Part shown: one piece after another, positions 42,907 through 50,356 of the stretch
Numbering within the stretch: position 1 is the stretch's first letter
Layout of the letters: each line of letters opens with the position of its first letter
From: Gemmatimonadales bacterium
GTDB taxonomy: Bacteria; Gemmatimonadota; Gemmatimonadetes; Gemmatimonadales; GWC2-71-9
Reading direction: 5' to 3'
NCBI GenBank assembly: GCA_044866195.1
Contig: JBIOTT010000050.1
Location: 1 to 51,311 of the forward strand
DNA: 51,311 nt
Translations under genes and position numbers: made by a program
Notes under the pieces: generated by a model
The model's database searches: none
Seen by the model: only the letters and a program-made list of their open reading frames with translations
What the model was told of the DNA's origin: nothing

Positions 42907-44640
42907 ATGACGTACACCTACAAACTCGCCCGGCGTCTCGCGCGCCTGCGAACCGGCGCGGCGCTCCTGCTGCCCATCCTGGCCGCCGCCTGCTCAGCTG
43001 GCGAGCCATTACCCACCGAAGCTTCCATTGACACCGGCGCCGACGGTCCCGTTGCGCTCAGTCCCCGTGCAGTCGTGCTTGAAGGCTCCCAGGGTGTGTT
43101 GTTCCGCGCCTTCGAGTCACTGATTCCCGGGTCCGCCCAGGTCACCTCGATCGAATGGACCACCACCGGCGGCAGGGTCGATGCGAGCGGGAACTACACC
43201 TCCACATCCACCGGTGCGTTCAGGGTGGTGGGGCGCCGCAGGGGGAACCCCCACAATCCACCCGACACAGGGGTTGTGGTTGTCGTTCCGCCCCAGCCCA
43301 CGCTGGTAGGCGTCGAGGTCACCCCGTCGACCGCCACAGTGGGCGGCGGCCTTCAGCAGCAGTTCGAAGCCTTGGGTCGCCAAAGCGACGGCACCCAGGT
43401 GCTGATCGGCGTCACCTGGACCGCCACCGGCGGCACCATCGACGCCGGCGGGCTCTACACGGCCGGGCGCACGGCCGGTACCTACCGGGTGATCGCCACC
43501 CACGTCACCACCGGCCTCGCCGACACCGCGGTGGTCACGGTGCCGCCCGCCACGCTCACTTCCATCACGATGTCTCCGGGCAGTGTGTCACTGGGCGCCG
43601 GCCAGGGTCAGCAATTCAGCGTGACCGGCCGGCTCTCGGACGGTTCAATAACGTACTCGGTCCCGGTGGCCTACAGCGCAACTGGTGGCTCGGTTTCGGT
43701 TACCGGCTACTACACGGCGGGCTCGACCGGCGGCACCTTCCGCGTGATCGCGACCGCCCAGGGTGGGAAGGCGGACACAAGCAGCGTCTCGATCACCGCT
43801 TCGGCTCCGCCGCCAGGCGGCCTATGGCTCAACGAGGACTTTTCGCGTTACACCAGTGATGAGCACTTTCGATCCAACCCGTACGGTTGGCAGGTCACAG
43901 CGGCCTCGTGGTTCAATCAGCAGCAGATTCATATTGACAAACAGGTCCTCTTCGAGGGGCACCAAACGCTGCGCTACGACTGGCCAGGGCCGGGCGTCAA
44001 AACCAACAGTGCCGGGGAAGACTACTGGGCCGGCTGTTCGACCGATCCTGCGATTCAGGCCAGCTACAAGACGCCGAACGTGTCGGAAGTCTGGATCGAG
44101 GTGGCGCACAGATTCGCCACGAACTTCAACACAAACGCCACATCCAGTGGCGGGACGTGCATCGGCAATACGGCCGGATACAAGTTCCTGCTCATGTGGC
44201 GCACCGCCGGCGACCGCTTCGACCTGCTAAACGGTCTCAGCGGCTACAACTGGTGGAGTGCACATCCGGCGGTAGAGTCCCAAGCGATCAAGACCGTGTG
44301 CTCGGGGATTGGCTTCAATTGCCAACTCGGCTACGGCGAGGGGCAGAGCCAATTCCTTCCCGTGATACCCGGCACTTTCTGGGACGGGAAATGGCACATC
44401 TACCGCGCCCACATCAAGATGCCGAACACGATGGGCGAGAAGACCGGCGTGTTTGAGTTGTGGATCGATGGTACGCTGGTGAAGCGGGTCGTCAATCAGG
44501 ACTTTATCAGGTACAATGGGCTATGGAGCAATCGGCTCGCGGGCATTGCGCTCGGCTCCAACTCCAATTCGGGGACGTCACACGCCACCAACAACTGGTG
44601 GGGCCGGCTCCGGGTCTGGACCGCCAACCCGAACTGGTAA
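42907..44640 (+). CDS. Secreted lipoprotein: three Big_2-type Ig-like repeats plus an unassigned ~270-aa C-terminal domain (paralogue 1)
   Basis: AGGAG lies 8 nt upstream of the start. The lipobox is LPILAAAC. Three repeats match the pattern V.V.P....(L/V)..G...QF.A.....G........W(T/S)ATGG.(I/V)...G.YTAG...G.(F/Y)RVIAT. The C-terminal domain is shared with 48448..49470 and 50357..51311. Confidence 0.7.
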   Translation: MTYTYKLARRLARLRTGAALLLPILAAACSAGEPLPTEASIDTGADGPVALSPRAVVLEGSQGVLFRAFESLIPGSAQVTSIEWTTTGGRVDASGNYTSTSTGAFRVVGRRRGNPHNPPDTGVVVVVPPQPTLVGVEVTPSTATVGGGLQQQFEALGRQSDGTQVLIGVTWTATGGTIDAGGLYTAGRTAGTYRVIATHVTTGLADTAVVTVPPATLTSITMSPGSVSLGAGQGQQFSVTGRLSDGSITYSVPVAYSATGGSVSVTGYYTAGSTGGTFRVIATAQGGKADTSSVSITASAPPPGGLWLNEDFSRYTSDEHFRSNPYGWQVTAASWFNQQQIHIDKQVLFEGHQTLRYDWPGPGVKTNSAGEDYWAGCSTDPAIQASYKTPNVSEVWIEVAHRFATNFNTNATSSGGTCIGNTAGYKFLLMWRTAGDRFDLLNGLSGYNWWSAHPAVESQAIKTVCSGIGFNCQLGYGEGQSQFLPVIPGTFWDGKWHIYRAHIKMPNTMGEKTGVFELWIDGTLVKRVVNQDFIRYNGLWSNRLAGIALGSNSNSGTSHATNNWWGRLRVWTANPNW

Positions 44641-44727
44641 GGCGCAGGGATAGGACGCAGTAGTTGCATCAGGGGGCTTGGCAGCTGACGGTCAGCGGCC
44701 AAGCCCCCCGATGTTTTCCAGCCGGCG

Positions 44728-45831
44728 CTACTCCAGCAGGAATTGGTGGACCGCGTGCGCAATGCGCTGCGCAGCCTGCCCGTCGCCGTAAGGGTTCGGG
44801 TGGCCTGTCATGGCCTCGTATGCGCGGGGGTTCGTCAGCAGCTCGGTTGCCGCCGCCAGCACGTCGGCAGGCTTTCGCCCGATCAGGCGAGCCGCGCCCA
44901 CCTCCACGACTTCGGGTCGCTCCGTGGCATCCCGCAGGACCAGGACCGGCTTGCAGAGGGAGGGAGCCTCTTCCTGCACCCCTCCCGAGTCGGTAATGAT
45001 GAAGTGTGCCGCCCGCATCACGGCCACAAACTCGATGTATCCCAGCGGCTCGGCGAGGTGCACTCGTTCCCGGCGGCCCAGCAGCTCGTACACGGTACGG
45101 CGCACGTTGGGGTTGGGGTGCACCGGATAGAAGATCTCAACCGCTGGATTCCGATCCACCAGCTGCCCGAGCGCTTCACAGATCCCTTCGAGCGGAGCCC
45201 CAAAGCTCTCTCGCCGGTGCAGCGTTACCAGGATCAGCTTGCGATCGCCTCGCAGTCCAGCCAGCCCAGCCGGCAGCCGATCGGCGGTCGCGTGGTCTGC
45301 GGCATAGAGCAGGGCGTCGATGACGGTGTTGCCCGTGACGTAGACCCGATCAGGAGCAACGCCCTCGGCGATCAGGTTGGCGTGGCTGGTCTGGGTGGGG
45401 GCGAAGTGCAGGTCGGCCAGCTGCGAGATGATGCGACGGTTGGCCTCCTCGGGAAACGGATTGCGAAGATCCCGCGACCGGAGGCCGGCCTCGACGTGCG
45501 CGAGAGCGCAGCCGGTATAGTGCGCGGCCAGGGCACCCGCCATGGCGGTCGTCGTATCGCCTTGAACGATCACCATGTCAGGGCGTTGTTCGGCGAACAG
45601 GGCACCGAGGGACCGCAGCGCCCGGGCTGCGAAGTCCGCCAGCACCTGCCCCGGCTGCATCAGATCCAGATCATGGGTGGGCGCGATGCCAAAAACCGAG
45701 AGCACCTGGTCGAGCAGCTCGCGATGCTGGGCCGTGAGCGTTACCACGGCTTCGATGGACGGGTCCGCCTGCAATGCCTGTACGACGGGGGCCAGCTTTA
45801 CGGCATCTGGCCGGGTCCCCAGAATCGTCAT
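44728..45831 (-). CDS. wecB: UDP-N-acetylglucosamine 2-epimerase (non-hydrolysing)
   Basis: The N-terminus is MTILGTRPDAVKLAPV. Other motifs are VIVQGDTTT, HVEAGLRS, PFPEE, VTGNTVIDAL and ITDSGGVQEEAPSLCKPVLVLRDATERPE. Confidence 0.9.
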   Translation of the reverse strand: MTILGTRPDAVKLAPVVQALQADPSIEAVVTLTAQHRELLDQVLSVFGIAPTHDLDLMQPGQVLADFAARALRSLGALFAEQRPDMVIVQGDTTTAMAGALAAHYTGCALAHVEAGLRSRDLRNPFPEEANRRIISQLADLHFAPTQTSHANLIAEGVAPDRVYVTGNTVIDALLYAADHATADRLPAGLAGLRGDRKLILVTLHRRESFGAPLEGICEALGQLVDRNPAVEIFYPVHPNPNVRRTVYELLGRRERVHLAEPLGYIEFVAVMRAAHFIITDSGGVQEEAPSLCKPVLVLRDATERPEVVEVGAARLIGRKPADVLAAATELLTNPRAYEAMTGHPNPYGDGQAAQRIAHAVHQFLLE

Positions 45832-45856
45832 TACCCGCTTGGTGAAGGTTGCCAGG

Positions 45857-47032
45857 TCAGCCTCCGCGTGAGAGTGACGAGTCGACCAGGGTTCGCCCGG
45901 GGGCCCCAGACAGTACCGTTTGGTAGACCCGGGAGTAGGATCCGCACCATGCCTCTACGCTGTAGCGGGCGCGGAGCCTCGCCCTGGCCGTCTCTGCCCG
46001 GGCGGCTGCCCCCGCCGGGTCACTTCGGACGAGCTCGATGGCCCGAGCCAGCGCCGGCGGGTCCTCCGGCGGCACCAGTACGCCTCCGCCCGCGCCGATG
46101 ACGTCCGGCATGCCGCCGACTGCGGTGGCGACGACCGGCACGCCGGTGGCCATCGCTTCCAACAGGGCGATCGGGGTGCCTTCGGTCCGGGAGCTCAGTA
46201 CCAGAACGTCGAACGCGGCCAATACCCGGCTGGCATTGGGGACGGCGCCCGGCATGAGAACGAGCGCGCCGAGCCCGCTGGCTGCGACCGTCTCACGTAC
46301 TATCTCCAACTCAGGCCCGTCCCCGATCAGGGCCGCCTGCCAACCGGCCTGGTTCAGGTGTCCCAGCGCGTTCGCGAGCACATCGCCGCCCTTCTCGGGA
46401 ACGAAGCGTCCGACCCAGCCGATTACGAATGCGCTCTGATTCAGATCGAGCATGCGCCGGGCCTCAACCCGCGGCAGCGGGATGGTGGTCTGCTGCCAGG
46501 CATTCGGAATGGTGGTGAGCTTGCCGCCCTGGAGTCCGCCGGCTTGGAGCGTCTCGGCAATTGGGCTCGAGACTGCCACCACCGCGTCGTACCGGCGCAG
46601 CATCGCCACCATCAGCCGCTCGTAGACTCGATGCCGGAGGGGCCCTCCGGTCATGCCGTGGACGGTGGATACCAGGCGCGCACCGACCCGGCGCGCGACC
46701 GGGCCGTCGACCACGACAACGCGAGCACCGTGGGCGTGCACAATGGCCGGGCGGAACTGCTGGCAGAGCGCCCCGAACTCCCGGCGCTCCCGCAGGTAGG
46801 CACGAGAGTGTACCCCCAATCCGACGGCCTCGGTCCGGTCTTCGTGGAGGGCACTGAGGAAATCGTGCTGGTGCTCCTCTCCGGGTTGAACAACCGCCGC
46901 GACCCGGACCTGGAACCCGGCGTCTCGCTGCGCGCGCGCCAATGATCGAATCACCGATTCGGCTCCGCCATAGGGGGCGGGAGCCACGACGTGCAAGACC
47001 CGCGTCGCTGCCGGGTGCAGCGCCGGATTCAC
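45857..47032 (-). CDS. Family-4 (GT-B) glycosyltransferase
   Basis: The N-terminal region is VLHVVAPAPYGGAESV. C-terminal motifs are FVPEKGGDVL, IGDGPE and TEGTPIALLEAMATGVPVVATAVGGMPD. The GTG start overlaps the upstream stop (GTGA). Confidence 0.8.
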   Translation of the reverse strand: MNPALHPAATRVLHVVAPAPYGGAESVIRSLARAQRDAGFQVRVAAVVQPGEEHQHDFLSALHEDRTEAVGLGVHSRAYLRERREFGALCQQFRPAIVHAHGARVVVVDGPVARRVGARLVSTVHGMTGGPLRHRVYERLMVAMLRRYDAVVAVSSPIAETLQAGGLQGGKLTTIPNAWQQTTIPLPRVEARRMLDLNQSAFVIGWVGRFVPEKGGDVLANALGHLNQAGWQAALIGDGPELEIVRETVAASGLGALVLMPGAVPNASRVLAAFDVLVLSSRTEGTPIALLEAMATGVPVVATAVGGMPDVIGAGGGVLVPPEDPPALARAIELVRSDPAGAAARAETARARLRARYSVEAWCGSYSRVYQTVLSGAPGRTLVDSSLSRGG

Positions 47033-48249
47033 TGGCGAGCTGCCTTCGGCCCTCGAGGCCGAACCACGGTCTCGAGGGCTGCCTCCAGCCGGTCGGCATC
47101 ACGCTCCCAGTGGTACGTCTCGGCAGCCGCCTGCCACCCGGCAACCGCACAGCGGTGGCGGTATTCATCATCCCGAAGGCGATCGATCGCCCGCGCCATG
47201 TCGCCCGCGTCCCCGCTGGCCGCAACCTCGCCGCAGCCCGATTCACGAACGATGCGCGCCAGCGGCCGGGCGCTGGAAGTCAATACCGCGAGGCCAGCCG
47301 CCATGTAATCGAAGAGCTTGTTGGCAACCGTGGTATCACTATGCTCGGTCGACAGGTGAGGAACCACACCCAGGTGGAACCCGCGGAGCAAGCTCAGCGC
47401 TTCCTTGTGCGGCACCCGTCCCCGGAAGGACGCCGTATCCGGGCCGAGCCCAAGCCGTTCGGCAAGGCTCATGAGGTTGGCCTTGTCCCTCCCGTCGCCG
47501 ATCAGCGTGACGCGGACGTGGCGCCCCCGACGATTGCACTCTGCAACCGCCTGGAGCAGGGGCTCGATCCCTCGCATGGGCAGGTCCAGCTGCCCCACGT
47601 AGACGAGATCGAGATTCCCATTCCCGACAGGCCGAGAGCTCTCCGGACAAGGGGCGAGCTGCGCCCGTGGCGGCGTGTTGGACACGACCGATACTCGATC
47701 AGGCGAAATTCCCAGCTCGACCACCCGGCTGCGCGACTCATCGACCACCACCAGGATGTGGTTCGCCCTCCGCACCACCCATCGCTCTACCGTCCGTGCG
47801 AGAGCTGGATTGCGAACCAGTCCGTCCCAGGGCCGAGGCCGGCCCAATCGCCAGAGATCAGCGATCATCGCGGGGTAGTTCTCTGCCATGTCGAACACCA
47901 TCGGGATGCCATGAGCCCTCGCGACGTAGATGGCCGTCGGCGCCAAGGGGAGGTCCCTACAGAGCAGGACATCGGCGCCCGATGTGCGGACCGTCCGGTC
48001 GATCAGCCGCACCCAACGCGGATTGAAGAAAGCCGGGAACTGGCTAAGCGCGTTGAGACCGGGCCCCCACCATGGCCGCCAGGGAATTCGATGGACCTTG
48101 CCCTCCGGCAGGGCCTCGAGGGCGACGCGGGCGTCTCGGTTGCGCGCGATGATGTGTACCCGATGCCCGCGCGCTACGAGACTCCGTGCCATCTTCTCCA
48201 CCCGGACATCCCAGGGGTACTCTGCGTCCCAGATGTGAGCAACGATCAT
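47029..48249 (-). CDS. Family-4 (GT-B) glycosyltransferase
   Basis: The N-terminal region is MIVAHIWDAEYPWDVRVEKMARSLVARGH. The C-terminal half reads LIGDGRD...FRGRV...VANKLFDYMAAGLAVLTS. Confidence 0.75.
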   Translation of the reverse strand: MIVAHIWDAEYPWDVRVEKMARSLVARGHRVHIIARNRDARVALEALPEGKVHRIPWRPWWGPGLNALSQFPAFFNPRWVRLIDRTVRTSGADVLLCRDLPLAPTAIYVARAHGIPMVFDMAENYPAMIADLWRLGRPRPWDGLVRNPALARTVERWVVRRANHILVVVDESRSRVVELGISPDRVSVVSNTPPRAQLAPCPESSRPVGNGNLDLVYVGQLDLPMRGIEPLLQAVAECNRRGRHVRVTLIGDGRDKANLMSLAERLGLGPDTASFRGRVPHKEALSLLRGFHLGVVPHLSTEHSDTTVANKLFDYMAAGLAVLTSSARPLARIVRESGCGEVAASGDAGDMARAIDRLRDDEYRHRCAVAGWQAAAETYHWERDADRLEAALETVVRPRGPKAARQ

Positions 48250-48313
48250 CGGCCGCGTTCACATTCATGGAGGAGATTGAAGCCAGCCGGCCTTCGTGTG
48301 CAAGGATTGTGCT

Positions 48314-48328
48314 GCATTGAAGATGCCA
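48314..48328 (-). promoter_or_regulatory. Candidate sigma-54 -24/-12 promoter for the GT4-GT4-wecB operon
   Basis: The minus strand reads TGGCAtcttcaaTGC with exact spacing. It lies 65 nt upstream of ATG 48249. Confidence 0.3.
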
Positions 48329-48447
48329 TGCTCGGGGGGTCGAAACCTAGGGCACCCGGCTGGGATGAGAGCAGGCGCCCGGTTTAGATTCTGCGGGTCG
48401 GCATAGCGGCCGACCAGCCCTGGAGCGACTGTGGAGAAGGAGACGCG

Positions 48448-49470
48448 ATGCGATTCGTGAGCGTGCGACCGCTTTGGCTCCTGGCGCTCGCCGGCCAGTC
48501 GGCTTCGGCCCAGTCAGCTGAGCCGGTTCGGGTGCATTACGAGGCCTCGGCCGGCTCCGTGACCGATTCCGGCCTGTATCTGGCGCCGCCCAGCCCGGGG
48601 ACGGTACAGGTTCGCGCGCGCAGCGGCAGCACGACGACAATCGTCCAAGGGACAGTCGTGGGCCGAGGCGGCGCTCCGGCGGTTTCGGGAAACAAGCCGT
48701 GGCTCGACGAGGACTTCTCCCGCTACAGCAGCGCCGACTACTTTCGGAGCAACCCGTTCGGCTTGATGCCCTCGCCGCCCCCTCGATGGTGGCATCAGCA
48801 GGCCATCTCGTTTGGCCCCGGCTATAGGGATTCGCCGCACAGCCTGCAGTACAACTGGTGGGGAGACAATCCACCACGGTCGCAGTGCAGCAAGGATATC
48901 GCGATCGAAGCCCGCTACAAGATGCCGAACGTGTCGGAAGTGTGGATCGAAGCGGTTCACAAGTTCGCCACGAACTTCGACACCAACCCTCATTGCGGGG
49001 TGAAGGGGTACAAGTTTCTCCTGTTCTGGCGCGCGGCTGGTGATCGCTTCGACCTTATCAACGGGCTCAACGGACACGAGTGGTGGAGTGCACATCCAGC
49101 GACACAGAATGAAGTGTTGCAGGGCAAGTGCTCAGGGCTCGGCTTCAATTGCCGGCTGGGGTATGGCACGGGCCAGAGCCAGTTCCTTCCCGTCATACCC
49201 GGCAACCTGTGGGACGGGCAATGGCACATCTACCGCGCCCACATCAAGCTGCCGAACACGAAGGGCGAGAAGACCGGCGTCTTCGAGCTGTGGATTGATG
49301 GCACGCTGGTGAAGCGGGTTACCGATCAGGACTTCATTCACCGGAAGGGGCTATGGACCAATCGGCTCAAGTCCATCTCGCTCGGCTCCAACTCCAATTC
49401 GGGAACGTCTAGCCCGACCCAGACCAATTGGGGCCGGCTCCGGGTCTGGACCAGCGATCCACACTGGTAA
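48448..49470 (+). CDS. Secreted protein carrying the unassigned ~270-aa domain (paralogue 2)
   Basis: AAGGAG lies upstream of the start. The signal peptide is MRFVSVRPLWLLALAGQSASAQS. The C-terminal domain is colinear with paralogue 1 (WLDEDFSRYSS...WHIYRAHIKLPNTKGEKTGVFELWIDGTLVKRV...LGSNSNSGTS...WGRLRVWTSDPHW). Confidence 0.65.
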   Translation: MRFVSVRPLWLLALAGQSASAQSAEPVRVHYEASAGSVTDSGLYLAPPSPGTVQVRARSGSTTTIVQGTVVGRGGAPAVSGNKPWLDEDFSRYSSADYFRSNPFGLMPSPPPRWWHQQAISFGPGYRDSPHSLQYNWWGDNPPRSQCSKDIAIEARYKMPNVSEVWIEAVHKFATNFDTNPHCGVKGYKFLLFWRAAGDRFDLINGLNGHEWWSAHPATQNEVLQGKCSGLGFNCRLGYGTGQSQFLPVIPGNLWDGQWHIYRAHIKLPNTKGEKTGVFELWIDGTLVKRVTDQDFIHRKGLWTNRLKSISLGSNSNSGTSSPTQTNWGRLRVWTSDPHW

Positions 49471-49525
49471 GGCATCAGTCGTAAGATCGAAGCGCCTGGC
49501 GCACCTTTCTTGCGAGTCGCTTATC

Positions 49526-50338
49526 GTGACCCAGCTCAAAGAGACCTACCAGCGCGGCGACATCCACGATCAGTGGGAGTCAATCTATCGGGGCAACCCG
49601 CTGCTCGATCGGGTGAACGATCGGCTCATGGATCGGATCGTCGGCGCGCTTGGCGTGCCGCAGGGCGGGACCGTGCTGGACGCCGGATGCGGTGTCGGGG
49701 ACCACACCATTCGGATCGCCAAGCGAGGCTATCGCTGCGTCGGGATCGACATCTCTCGACTCATCCTGGCTCGAGCGCAAGGGCGGGTGTCACGGGAGGG
49801 ACTCACGGACCGAGTCGAGCTGGTGGCTCTCGGGCTGGAAGATCTCCCCTTCCCGCCCGACAGCTTCGACGCGATCCACTGCCGCGGCGTGCTCATGCAC
49901 ATCCCGGACTGGCCGCGGGCGCTGAGCAATCTCTGCCGAGTGCTCAAGCCCGGCGGCCGAATCGTCATTCTGGAGGACAACGACGCCTCATTGCACGCTG
50001 CGCTGGTGCTGGCCGTGCGACGACTTCCCTGGCGGCGATCCGGTTCCACGCTGGTGCGTTCCCCGGGCGGACTCGAGTTCTGGTCCACGGAAAAGGGGAA
50101 CCCCTTCGTGGCGCGCATGGCCAACATCGCCGCGCTCAAGCGGGAGCTGGAGAAGAACGGCGTGGTGCTGCGTGAGCGCTTCCCCACTTCCCTGGCCGAC
50201 ATCACCCTTTTCCCGTCAGGATGGCCTCGCAATACGGCCATCCGCCTCAACCGGCTCGCGGTGCATGCCGGTGTGCCCGCGAGACTCTGCAAGGGCAACG
50301 CGCTGATCGCCGAGAAGCCGCGCGCTGTCCTCGCCTAG
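49526..50338 (+). CDS. Class I SAM-dependent methyltransferase
   Basis: Motif I is VLDAGCGVGDH, and post-I is GIDIS. Other motifs are FDAIHCRGVLMHI and LKPGGRIVILE. The start is GTG 49526. Confidence 0.8.
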   Translation: MTQLKETYQRGDIHDQWESIYRGNPLLDRVNDRLMDRIVGALGVPQGGTVLDAGCGVGDHTIRIAKRGYRCVGIDISRLILARAQGRVSREGLTDRVELVALGLEDLPFPPDSFDAIHCRGVLMHIPDWPRALSNLCRVLKPGGRIVILEDNDASLHAALVLAVRRLPWRRSGSTLVRSPGGLEFWSTEKGNPFVARMANIAALKRELEKNGVVLRERFPTSLADITLFPSGWPRNTAIRLNRLAVHAGVPARLCKGNALIAEKPRAVLA

Positions 50339-50356
50339 TCCGCGGGTCAACCTAGG

